Shown in pieces: positions 50,409 through 61,785 of a DNA stretch of 64,000 nt. The notes under the pieces are model-generated. The model made no database searches. It had not been told where the DNA came from and was given only the letters and a program-made list of their open reading frames with translations. The DNA is from Stylophora pistillata (taxonomy: Eukaryota), in contig NW_019217795.1 in the NCBI RefSeq assembly GCF_002571385.2, forward strand, positions 524,767 to 588,766, given 5' to 3'. The position numbers and the translations under genes are program-made. Position 1 is the first letter of the stretch; every line of letters starts with the position of its first letter.

Positions 50409-53400
50409 TCAGGCGGTACCATACATGACAAGAGACCAATTCCTAACGCAGCCAGCTATAGGCCCTTGAAGTGACTTTGAATGTGAACACATTGACGACT
50501 CATCAGAAGCCACATTAATGGGTTGGTTTGGTCCTTTCACTGACTTCATATAATCTTCCTTAAACCGTCCATGAATAAGCTCGCGCTGGAAACTGGGCTG
50601 GTCTTCGCTCCTCTGAGGAAACTTTTCGTGACGCTTTTCCTTCGATCGCTTTGACAAGCTCATGTAATCTTCCTTGAAGCGACCATGGGAAAGATCATTT
50701 GCGATGCTCGGTTCGTCTCTGGATTCTCCTTCGTCAAACAATATACCGTGGCTTCTAGGAGAGTAGTCGTTTTCAGACTGAAAATTAAAAAAAAATAGAT
50801 ATTTATAACATTATTTTTTAGAAAGAGTAAAATCAACAACGAAACAAAGTTTCCGTGACTCGTAGTTTCATGCTTTCGCAATCATCTGACGGAATCATCA
50901 CCGCCTGATGATTGCGAAAGCATGAAACTACGAGTCACGGAAACTTTTTTTTCGTTGTTGATTTTACTATTTCTATTTACGCTCTACTTTTTGCATTGAG
51001 CACTATACAGCCAGCTAAAGCATCTCCTCCAGATAACATTATTTTTTATTTATATTTTATGTGCAACTGAATGTCATTAGAATTGGTTTAGCTTCCATTC
51101 GCTTAGCAAAATTGTACCATCCTTCCAAACAATCACATACAGATCTAAAAACCAATTTTGTGGCTCAGTCAAAGGCTTTTTTCCCTCCAAAAATATACCA
51201 TCGCATTACCTTCTCGTCCCTGATCTTCACAATCCACTCGCCTTGAGGGTCCTCGTCCCAAAATTCAACAGTCATGAAAGGCCAGTATGCTAACCGTGTT
51301 CCGTCGTCTCGGGGCCTCTTGGCTAGCAGTCGCGAAGTGGTGCCGCTGGGCGAGATGAGGTCGATCACCAGGTCCCCCCGGCGACGGTGGTCTATTGATA
51401 CATTAAACTGGACGTGCTCTAGCTTTTGAATGTCTTCCTTGTCATTGACGAGCTATTTGTAATCAGTGATAATGAGATTAAGAATGGTAATAAAAACGAC
51501 TCGGAATTGATCAAATCTATAAATTTATTAATTTACTGAGTGATTAGACAACACTTTTACCTTCAGTTCCACCTCTCCCTTAGATCGTAACGTTGCTGTA
51601 TCAGGTGTCAAAAGTCCACGAAGTGTATACTTCTGCTGAGTATCAACATGTTCCCATTCCTTCGCTGCATTTATTAAATCTTCCGCATTTAATACACCAA
51701 ATCCATAAGAACGACTGTATTTATGCCCGGCTCCGTTCTGCAAGACAACAAAGGACAGGAAGAGAAAAGAGTCTGAGGTATAACTACTAAGAATACCAAA
51801 TAACAAGAACGGACTCACTCATCGGAGGGAAACGGAAAACTATCATGTTTCAATCTCGTTCGAGTCTTACTTACTGAGACGTTGGCTTAGGACGCAACAG
51901 GGATGTATTTAAGAGGGGGGAGGGGTCATTGCATGTTTGCTGTCTGGTCCATGTTTGACAAAAAAGTGACAAGTAATACAAGCAAAATGTCACGACCCTT
52001 AATGACAGTGAGATATTTATTACGGGTCCCCTCACGGGAAAATCCTGTCACAGTCTTTCTGAGTTGGTGTTGGTTAAGAAACGAATCAAACGGGGGAAAA
52101 AGGGCCCACCCTTCGTGTCTCAAGATACCGGATGTACCACGAATACTACCCACAAACAACGGCTGTGGCTCTTTTGTCGGTAGGTTAAAACAGCCGTAAA
52201 GACATTTGTAAAAATCCACGGAGCCGTGAGAGAACTTGGAAGAAAAACAACTGGTGAAAGAGCAAATACTGCGTGAATTTCTTGGAGAAAAATTTGGGAT
52301 GGTCAATTGAAACCCTTTGTTCCAAGGCCAAAGATGATTTACCGTGCTCCACGAAGGGCTGTCAGGCTCATTTTTGCGCGCGGTTTTAACAACCAAGTGC
52401 TGCATATCTCGCCAAGTAAGGTCAGGATTTGCCTCCAAAACCAGCGCAAAGATTCCAGCTGCCAAGGGAGCCGCACAGGATGTTCCAGAAAACGATGTCA
52501 CACACTTGTGAAACAGAGAAGTTGTTACAAGATGGCTGTAGGACTCTCGCTTACTGCACTGCGAGCCAACATCCCCGGTGAAGACCACGCCCATTGTAGA
52601 AGGGCAGCTCTCGTCGTAAAACGTTTTGCATCCATTGGCGCTCACAGAGGCGATAGACAGAGTATAGATACTTGACGTATAACCGTCGCAGCTACAATCA
52701 TCCTGGCTGGCTCCACCATTGCCAGTGGCCCAGATATACAAAACTCCCTTTCCTTGAAAAAAAAAAATATATAATTTTTTTGAAAGTTTTTTATTTGCCA
52801 AGAGATTATAAACTGTTTTCAATCTCTTGTTTCTGCATATTAAGAGATAAAGTGGCTAAGAGATCAGTGCACCGGTCCCCGGATGTAAAGGTCCTGGGGG
52901 GCCGCTTCTCGAAAGTCCCGGTAACTTAACGGGCCCGTAAAGCTGTTCTGTATTCATTCAAGATTGTGGTTTCGAAAGGTTTTCAACATTATAAAGTGAA
53001 ATCCTCAGCTAAAGAAACATATTAAATTAGACTGGTTAGGGTGCCAGTGACTACTTCTCCATCCTTTAAATTTTGCTTATGAGGGCTTCAGACCCATTAA
53101 GTTACCGGCACTTTCGACACACGAGCCCCAGGTAAGAGATCTGGTTTGGCTCATTTTCTTTTTCTCTCGGACGAGACACTTTATTCGCACATTGCCTCTG
53201 TCCAACGCATTCAGCCGACCTGATCACCTATATCATCCGATTGCAACTTGACATAACAGTTCCTGAGGTAACGCGTATCCAGAAGAACTTATCGCCTGAA
53301 CAGTGGAGAAGACTCACAATTTGTAGTGCAGTCGAAACATCACGATCCTTCTCGGAAGGGAGACAAACTATAACACTTCATAGAAAGTTATTGGCCAAGA

Positions 53401-56400
53401 TGACTAGCAACCAAAATTATTTTGCTTTATAAACAATAATCTCCATTTGGAGCGAAATCATGCACGGATATTTGTCCGAGGACATTATCTGTTCCGAGAT
53501 GAGAACGAGTTTCCGAGGGGAAGCTCAAGGAAAACTGTGAGCTATGAAACTGCGGCGTACTGCTTTTATAAAATATAAACCAAATGCAACTAACGATAGG
53601 GTTTTTGACCAATCAGGGTTCTCGTAGTATCTTAGTTATTTTATAAAAAAACTTATGTTAAGGATAATTTCACACGTTACTTTTATAATAATTTTCATGC
53701 TTAGAACAAATTAAGAATAAATATTAGCGAGAAAAAAACACAACGTTTCGATGACTCCATGTCATCATTCTTAAGTGAGAATAGACTAAAAATGAATAGT
53801 TAATTTATACCGTACGAAGGTGACAAACGCAAAAAGTTTAAAATTTTTTAAAAATCTAAATAAATAATTGCGCGTATTGAGTTCATAAATGTAAACTATG
53901 AAATAAATAGTTTCGCGCGTATGGAATTCGATTGTTTGTTCAAAGAGGGCTTCGTCTTCTTTATGAAAAGCATTTCATGAACTAAACAGTCCAGTTTCCC
54001 GGTGCACTTTTTAAGTACGTTGAAATGCTTGGTCAGGTCGCCGATGGTTTGTAGGCCGTGGTCGTTCTTTAAATGTTTGCCGAATTACGGTGCTCATCAA
54101 TACGTTGATGTAAATGCCGGCTGGTGTACCCGACGTACTCTGCATCGCACAGATCACATTTATAATTATATACAACGCATTGTTGGCTAACTATAGGAGG
54201 TTTAGGCTCACGCATTCTGAGATCTTCACAGATTTTGCAACTCTTGAACACGGGTTGAAGGGTGTGATCGATTTTGTTGCTTAGATCTGATAATTGCCTT
54301 CTTAGAACGAATTAGGCTTGATTCCCGCCGCTCTCTCGGGTCCGGTCTTTTTCGTTCCTCCCCGAGAAGAGGGGAGGAGCGCGGGCTCCGGTCCCCGAAC
54401 AGCGGCTTGTAATCGAGCCTAAGGACAAATGCATACAAATGTAACTGCTTGCCTTAAAGGTATATGGTCAAGGAGGTAGTATTACAAAAAATGTTTTTCT
54501 TTTTTTGATCTCATCCTTTAAATGCACTCAAACGTAAAGCCTATCACACAAACTAGTTCGAAAGCTCAAGCAAACTGTCCCGTACTTAACGACATTATCA
54601 CAATAGTGAACGCCTACGGGGTTTGAAGTCCCCGCGTTTTTTGAAGGGAAGACCAAAAAATGGATGAATTATTTTTACTGAAAATAAAAGCATTTCTACC
54701 TTAAAATCGACTCTTGTTGATCGTTAGAAGCAGAGAAATAAATTTTAGCATTATTTACTGACGACATTCATTTTACATTTCAGGACAAATGCATTTAAGA
54801 CTAGGATAAAATTACTGGCTAAAATTAAATCCGTAAATCTACTGGCTAAAATAAATTCGAGTAAAGAAAAAATTGCAAGAGAGCATTTTTTCGGGTTCCG
54901 TGAATATTTTCCATTCCACATCAGCCTGGGTAATTTTCTCTTATATTCTGCTACCTTGTACAGCAATTTGTGAGTCGGATAAAATTGCGACTAACGAAAT
55001 TTACATTTTTTTGGAAAAAGGTATCAGTTTTAGCGTTGTTCTGGGCTTGAAACATCTTCAGGAAGAATGCATAGTCATTAGGTGTAAAAAGAACTTTTTA
55101 AATTCATATTTTCGTCTCGAATTTTTCACGCAGCAGAAAACTAAATTTTCCTTTCGTTCCAAGAAAAATTTCCTCCGAACTCATTTCAAGAAGGTTTGAA
55201 AATAATTAAATATGCTTTTCGTTGTAAGAGATGATCGTCAAACCCCCTAAAGCAACAACAATTCAGAGCCTTAAAAAGTTTCGTGGTTACGTAATTTCAC
55301 ATCGCCGGTTAGGTATGAAATTGTATTTTCCCTGTGCTAAAACTTTTTCACACAGGAAAAAGCAAATATTTCTTGACCGTCATTGATTTTGTTGTCTCGT
55401 GACAAAAACAGTCTTTGTCAGTCAGTGAATTAAGTATCTGAAAGGACTTACATACATGAAACTCATTTTTAAATTAAATATCGCGATAAAACTCCAAAAT
55501 ATGATCATAAACAAAACAGCTCTGGTCCTTTCGTAGAAAAACATAAAGCGTGCTCGTTTAAGTTGTTAGTATAGCATAAAACGTGTCAAAAGCTTAGAGA
55601 AAAATACAGAGTGGATCACAAACAGGAAAATTAAGCAACCGCGTTCGTGTGTCTTAGCTTTTCAAATTAAAACTTCAATTACACCACCTGTCATCTGTTG
55701 GTTTGAACTTACAAAAAATTCGTCTGTCGTTTTAGAAGCATTTTGTATGAAAAACTACCCATTAATCGTCTAACAATCTTTGCTAAATTTAAATAAGGTT
55801 TCTCCCTTACTTCATGAACTTTTATTTAGCACTTTCCCTACAATTCGTTTGTTATTTGTTGCCAAGTTATTACTGTCGAAATTTTGAACTGATAAAATAC
55901 AGCCTTTCACTATTTTTTTTTCTTTTTTTCATTTTACGTGTAGAAATCGAAAAATTAAAAACAGTTTATACGGAAATTTAGATTGGCCAGTTAACTACAT
56001 TGTTTCTAGAAGTCACCATTGTCGTGACAACTCAAGGTCACCGTTTTGAACAATACTAACTTACCTATACACATGTTAGTGTTTGCCATCGAAGTGCCTG
56101 AAATAATCACTCACCCGGTCCATCACTTAAATTCAACTTGCGAGCAAACCCGCGTATCTAATTAAACGCCATCTGTTTCATGGCTTTGAGAAAACACATC
56201 AAAGAATTAAAACACTCGTAGAAAAGGTAAAGGAATAGTTTCATAATTATTAATCTTGACATAAACTAACAAATTGAAAGAAAAAAAATAGGAAGTGTAT
56301 ACTAACCATCTCTGCCTTCTCGAACACATTTCTCCATGGCGCCACTACCGAGTCTCTCGGGTTTGCCGAATGTTTTCCCGTCATCTTTAGGTCCCCAAGA

Positions 56401-57222
56401 TGCGCTGAAAATGTCGATATAATCGCAGTTGTATCCCAGGGCTTCTGCCTCAATTTGGTCCGTAATAGTTCCGTCGAGCATCCGTATACCGCCAATTTTT
56501 GCGTTGTACGCAACTCCTACACCACAAATATTATTATCGGCCTCGGCGGCGACTTCTCCAGCGCATTTCGTTCCGTGATCGTTGGAAAGGTTGGTATCAT
56601 CTGGCGTTGGATCATGATCAACTCCAACACTAGTTTTATTGTTTACGTCTAAGCTTGCAGCCTCGTCGTAATTTTTACTCAAGTCCGGGTGAGTGTGATC
56701 CAACCCGTCGTCAACAATAGTCACCACAATTCCTTTACCCGTGTATCCCATTTTCCAAGCTTGCAAGACACCAAGGTTTCCTCTGGTATCAGCAAAGTCT
56801 AAAGTACCCATATACCATTGATTTTTCCACAGCGGGTCGTTAAATAATCTGCGATTTCTCTGCGCACGTTCGACTAGCATTAGCGCTTCGTCCCAAGTGT
56901 TAAAACCGCGTTTCTGTCTGATAAGTACTGTTTGTTGTTCAGCCCACTTCACGCGCGGGTGATCTAGAAGTTGTGTATGACTGCTTCGTCTCTGACGTCT
57001 CTCCGATTTTTCGTGAACAAACGCAAAATATCCAGGTAAGTTTGCTATTGGTCCGTTGTTCTTAAATCCAAGATTTTCTGCTATGTTGTGCGCTAATTCT
57101 TCATCGTGCGAGTCAAGTTCAACTGCCCAAGTATTAGTGTATATTTCGCCATCTCCATGATCACTCTCGCAATATACAACGCTCAAACTCACTAGAAACA
57201 CAAACAGTACCACATTCACCAT
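50409..57222 (-). CDS. PC1/3-like proprotein convertase B (tandem paralogue), ~712 aa, no TM segment
   Basis: Exons 57222-56307, 52752-52343, 51737-51537, 51452-51210, 50777-50409. Signal peptide, RQKR, intact D/H/N/S residues (IVDDG, HGTKCAGE, GNGG, GTSCAAP), RRGDL, ending WSLVMYGT. Confidence 0.95.
50851..50894 (-). ncRNA. Minimal hammerhead ribozyme with mutated core (U4A), sense to convertase B
   Basis: TTCCGT-CAGATGA-TTGCGAAAGCAT-GAAAC-TACGA-GTC-ACGGAA, with a perfect 6-bp helix I. Confidence 0.7.
50901..50942 (+). ncRNA. Minimal type I hammerhead ribozyme with intact core, antisense to convertase B
   Basis: CCGC-CTGATGA-TTGCGAAAGCAT-GAAAC-TACGA-GTC-ACGG. Helix II TGC-GAAA-GCA, helix III ACT/AGT, GUC cleavage triplet. 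Helix I has one C:A mismatch. Confidence 0.75.
52897..53128. mobile_element. PIF/Harbinger-like MITE
   Basis: GGGGCCGCTTCTCGAAAGTCCCGGTAACTT...AAGTTACCGGCACTTTCGACACACGAGCCCC, flanked by CTG/CAG. Confidence 0.6.
53700..54305 (-). mobile_element. 3' fragment of a Penelope-like retroelement (GIY-YIG endonuclease) with a hammerhead-like motif at 53739-53777
   Basis: VVYNYKCDLCDAEYVGYTSRHLHQRIDEH...EMLFIKKTKPSLNKQ (frameshifted), stop at 53896. Confidence 0.85.
54312..54421. mobile_element. Short TAG-terminated MITE (Academ-like ends)
   Basis: TAGGCTTGATTCCCGCCGCT...AGCGGCTTGTAATCGAGCCTA. Confidence 0.55.
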
Positions 57223-58272
57223 GGTACAGTAGTGTTTTCTACCGCTCCGTAACGATTGTCAATCTTCTTGGAAGGACTGAACGCTTAAGAAGCGATGGGT
57301 AACTTATTCCAAAAGGCAGTGGAGTATTAATAACTATGCAAAATGTTTAAAAATGATTGAATGCTCATTTGCAAGGCTAAATCAACCGCCATCCAATCAA
57401 CCATGATGCACGTCAAAAAGGTAACATGAACTTGTGGACCTTGTCGAGTGACGTAGGGAGAAACAGGAAATTTTAAAGTAAATGTTGTTCTTTCTCACTT
57501 TCCATGCCTCGAGTGCTGTTGGTAAGTCTTCGCTGAAATATCCATGGGAAAGAAGATTGCTAATATATTCTGTGGACACTTTCGTAGCCCCTAAGGGAAA
57601 ACAAATAAATAGATTCTCTTCGCAAACGGTTTGTTTAAGAACCTGCCCACTTACGAGTTGATAAGGGAGGGAATATGTTTTCATCTATCATAGATTTTAG
57701 AGACCCATTTTCACCGATACCTTATTCCATACACAGTTTGGTGAATCTAAAGCTCTCAGGTCATGTGTGAAAGAAAACATAGAAATTTCTGTCATCAGTG
57801 TGCAAGCTTTCTTTTCAACTTTACGATCTGAGCCGGTGAAATGTTTTCGCACCTTCCTGTGCGCTCTATCAATAAACATTTTAACTTCCCCCGACTAGTC
57901 TTTCCTCTACTTAACCTCAACAAGTTAAACAGGTGTTCTACTGGTTATTAACACGAAAATGGCTTCGAAGGACTTTTCTTCCCTCATGTTAGGTTATATG
58001 CGCATCTGAATCAAACCACGATTAGAGTTTCATAATCTTTTCTTGGAATTCTGTATTCTAGTAGAAGATGAAATGCTTATCAGATAAGGGGATAGAATTA
58101 CGATCCCTTTTATCCTCCCTGGCTGTCACGACTTGAGAACTAAAAAGGTTTTGTAATCAAAATTCATGAATCTATTAAGTGAACATAGAAAAGCCATTCC
58201 CTTTCCTTCCCGAAATGTTTGTTTAATAATGTCATTCCTCTATGTCTTTTAGGAGAGGATCTTTTAAAATTT

Positions 58273-60648
58273 GTGAAGCATTGCTCTTAATTCCGGCACG
58301 CGAATCTATGTGATGCGTACTTTGGACTACTTTACAAAAATGAAGCCAGTGGCAAAAATAAGTGATGCAAAGCTTCCTTCAGGGAGACTATTCACTTTAT
58401 ACTCGCGTATGGGAAGGTATTTTTTAAAACTAAAATCTGGATCATTAAAACAGTGGAGCGAACACAGGAAGTGTCAATTAAAGAACATTTGATAACCGGC
58501 AAAGTCGAACTTTTTTTAAAGACGTTTCCAGTTGTTCTCTTAGCAGATGCTTTTTCAATTCCGTTCATTTGTCGCAGAAAAACAATAACTGATTACCAAA
58601 TTGGTTGGTTTGAAGAGTTGTGTATTTGGTCTTTGACGCAGCCGCCTACGGAAAATGTTCGATCAACCCAAACGTCTTTTGGAAGGAGAGGTTTTCAATT
58701 TCAAGAAAAATTACTCCGAGTTTGGAGATGGCGGAAAAAGACATCACGCCCACACTGCCAGCTGATCGATCTCGCGCAGATTAGTCCGACCTGAGAGCCC
58801 CTATCAACTTATAAAACCACGAGGGTTTTCATTTTTCAAAAGTTGAATTTTCAAAACCAAATCAAGACCAGACACGGTCCTCGTAAAATATCCACAACTT
58901 GAGTTTACAGAATATTTTCGGCTAAGTCGAACACCTTTAGCACTAAACACCTCAGCTGGCCTTGTGGGTTCATATCCATGTTTCGCTTAAGGGTGCTTAA
59001 AAAAAAAATTGCCTCGACGTATTGTTTTAATTCAGGTAATTTCTTTTCGAAAAGGTAACCCCAATTCAGACGCGAGAAGGTCTAAAGTGACCATAAAAAT
59101 CCCAAAAAGAAATTTCGGATCAGAAAATAGGCTGATAAAATGTTTCTTTTTGACCAGTTTAATAAGGTTTGTCGCTAAATCTAACTTACCTGAGAAGCTG
59201 TCCGTGTATGAACCGACCCACACGAGTTTTAGCCCATCACAGAATTCTTTTAAAACTTTCCATGTGAAATAATGAAGCATTGCTCTTAATTCACGCGAAT
59301 CTATGTGATGCGTACTTTGGACTACTTTACAAAAATAAGTGATGCAAAGCTTCCTTCGGGGAGACTATTCACTTTATACTCGCGTATGGGAAGGTATTTT
59401 TAAAACTAAAATCTGGATCATTAAACCAGTGGAGCGAACACAGGAAATGTCAATTAAAGAACACTTAAAGTGCACCTAAACCCAAAATTTTTTTTTTCAC
59501 TTAACGAAACAAGCATATTTTTTTGAGTATTTCTGTGCAAACATTTTTTTATTTGCTCAAATCCTCAATTGTCTGTGCCCAGTCAAAATACGGAAAATCG
59601 GCCGCCATCTTGCCCCACGGCCGAGTTTAAAGAGGAATGGCTCTAGCGGGTAATGTGACGTCAAATCGAGAACNNNNNNNNNNNNNNNNNNNNCCTCTTT
59701 AAACTCGGTCGTGGGGCAAGATGGCGGCCGATTTTCCGTATTTTGACTAGGCACAGAAAATTTAAGATTTAAGCAAATTAAAAAAATTTTGCACAGAAAT
59801 ACTCCAAAAAATAAGCTTATTTTGTTAAGCGAAAAAAAATTTTTGGGTTTACGTGCACTTTAATAACCGTCAAAGTCGAACTTTTTTTTTAAAAACGTTG
59901 CCAGTTGTTCTCGTAGCAGATGCTTTTTCAGTTCCGTTCATTTGTCGCAGAAAAACAATAACTGATTACCAAATTGGTTGGTTTGGAGAGTTGTGTATTT
60001 GGTCTATGACGCAGCCGCCTACGGAAAATGTTCGATCAACCCAAACGTCTTTTGGAAGGAGAGGTTTTCAATTTCAAGAAAAATTACTCCGAGTTTGGAA
60101 ATGGCGGAAAAAGACATCACGCCCACACTGCCAGCTGATCGATCTCGCGCAGATTAGTCCGATCTGAGAGCCCCTATCAACTTATAAAACCACGAGGGTT
60201 TTATTTTTCAAAAGTTGAATTCTTAAAACCAAATCAAGACCAGACAAGGTCCTCGTAAAACATCCACAACTTGAGTTTACAGAAAATTTTCGGCTAAGTC
60301 GAACACCTTTAGCACTAAACACCTCAGCTGGCCTTGTGGGTTCGTATCCATATTTCGCTCAAGCGTGCTTAAAAAAAATTGCCTCGACGTATTGTTTTAA
60401 TTCAGATAATTTCTTTTCGAAGAGGTAATCCCCAATTCAGACGCGAGAAGGTCTAAAGGGACGATAAAAATCCCAAAAAGAAATTTCGGATCGGAAAATA
60501 GGCTGATAAAATGTTTCTTTTTGACCAGTTTAATAAGGTTTGTCGCTTGATCTAACCTACCTGACGTGTTAAGAAGCTGTCCGTGTATGAACCGACCACT
60601 CGAGTTTAAGCTCATCACAGAATTCTTTAAAACTTTCCAATGAAATAA
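58273..60648. repeat. Diverged ~1 kb tandem duplication (58273-59272 and 59273-60648)
   Basis: Both units run TGAAGCATTGCTCTTAATTC...TGAAATAA, with scattered substitutions and indels. The second unit carries a MITE. Confidence 0.9.
59469..59859. mobile_element. Kolobok-like palindromic MITE with a 20-N gap at its centre
   Basis: TTAA-AGTGCAC...GTGCACT-TTAA with ~170 bp arms. Absent from the corresponding site at ~58490. Confidence 0.85.
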
Positions 60649-61785
60649 TCGGTCTATCCTTATTTAATGATCAATAAAAAGAACTCTTAGCTTTGATTTA
60701 TGGGATTATTTTGAAATGAATTAAAAAATGGGAAAACGGTCGAAATGAAAAAATCCTTAGTTTCAGCGATTATCCCTGAAGGCTCCAAAGGCGATAGCAT
60801 TTTCTCAGATAAGTTGCAACGACCATGCTTTGTTTTTGAATTTCCTCTCTCGATTGATTACAAAATTTCGATCCAAGAGGGTTAAAGAGAATCCAACTGT
60901 TTTGAAAATAGGGACGTATGTTTGTGTATACATGTATAAAGTCGACAGGTGACTGTCGCCGGAATGACAGCGAGAGCTAAAGGCTGTCCCAGGATGTACA
61001 AAAGGGATACATCTTTCCACAAAAGTGTAGTAATCTTTATCAGAGTGTTATAAAATAAATCAAAATAAAATCGAATGACAGTTTTAAGGTGACATTTTGA
61101 AGCCACAGTTCCTTCTTAATTATCATACATCATATTTACATGATCTACACTGTTCTTAACTAACGTTTCGTGTTTCCTCCCTTGGATATAAAGGTTTTTG
61201 AAGCGACTTAGAAAGATTTTGTACCATTGAATTCAGGTAAAAAAACTCAGATTTGTTCCCATCAAAATTGAGACGATCTCATATTTGGCCATCGTAAATC
61301 GAGTTAGTTCAAGACGTTAAAAAGGTTTGGACAAAATAAATCTCAGAAGGACGACGGTAGAAGCAACAGCAAGATACAAGGCAGTTCGGGTTTGCACGTC
61401 TTGTCAATGGCCTCTCCAGACAAACTTAATCACCCAGGCTTGAAATTTCCCAAATAAACACCCCCATCCGTTTACAAAGATAAAACTTGAGATTTGGCAC
61501 CCCGTTAGGATTGAAATCTTAGCTCGCTATCTGAGCTGAAATTTTCCATATGAACAGAATGAAAAATTCGTTCCACTCATAGCGCTCTTATGAAAAGTCC
61601 CTTAATTTCACAGACAAATCCTGTGAAACACAGTCTAGGATCAGACCCAGTTTTCATTTTAACCACGACAAAACGCCGCTTTACATGTTTTTACAACACT
61701 GTGAAAGTATCCACTGGAAAGAATGCTGAAAAGTTTTACAACCAATCAGGTACATACAAGTCACAATCCAGCTGAACTACACTGG

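Larger units (their letters stand above)
50819..51030. mobile_element. Inverted pair of Penelope-type terminal repeat fragments (hairpin 50819-50975)
   Basis: ~70-bp near-perfect inverted arms, each containing a minimal hammerhead motif. The Penelope assignment is inferred from this architecture. Confidence 0.6.

Noticed and set aside
58453-58794. ORF shared by both tandem units (also 59853-60167)
   Set aside because: Non-ATG start, several replacement changes between the copies, a frameshift near the start and no domain. Non-coding.
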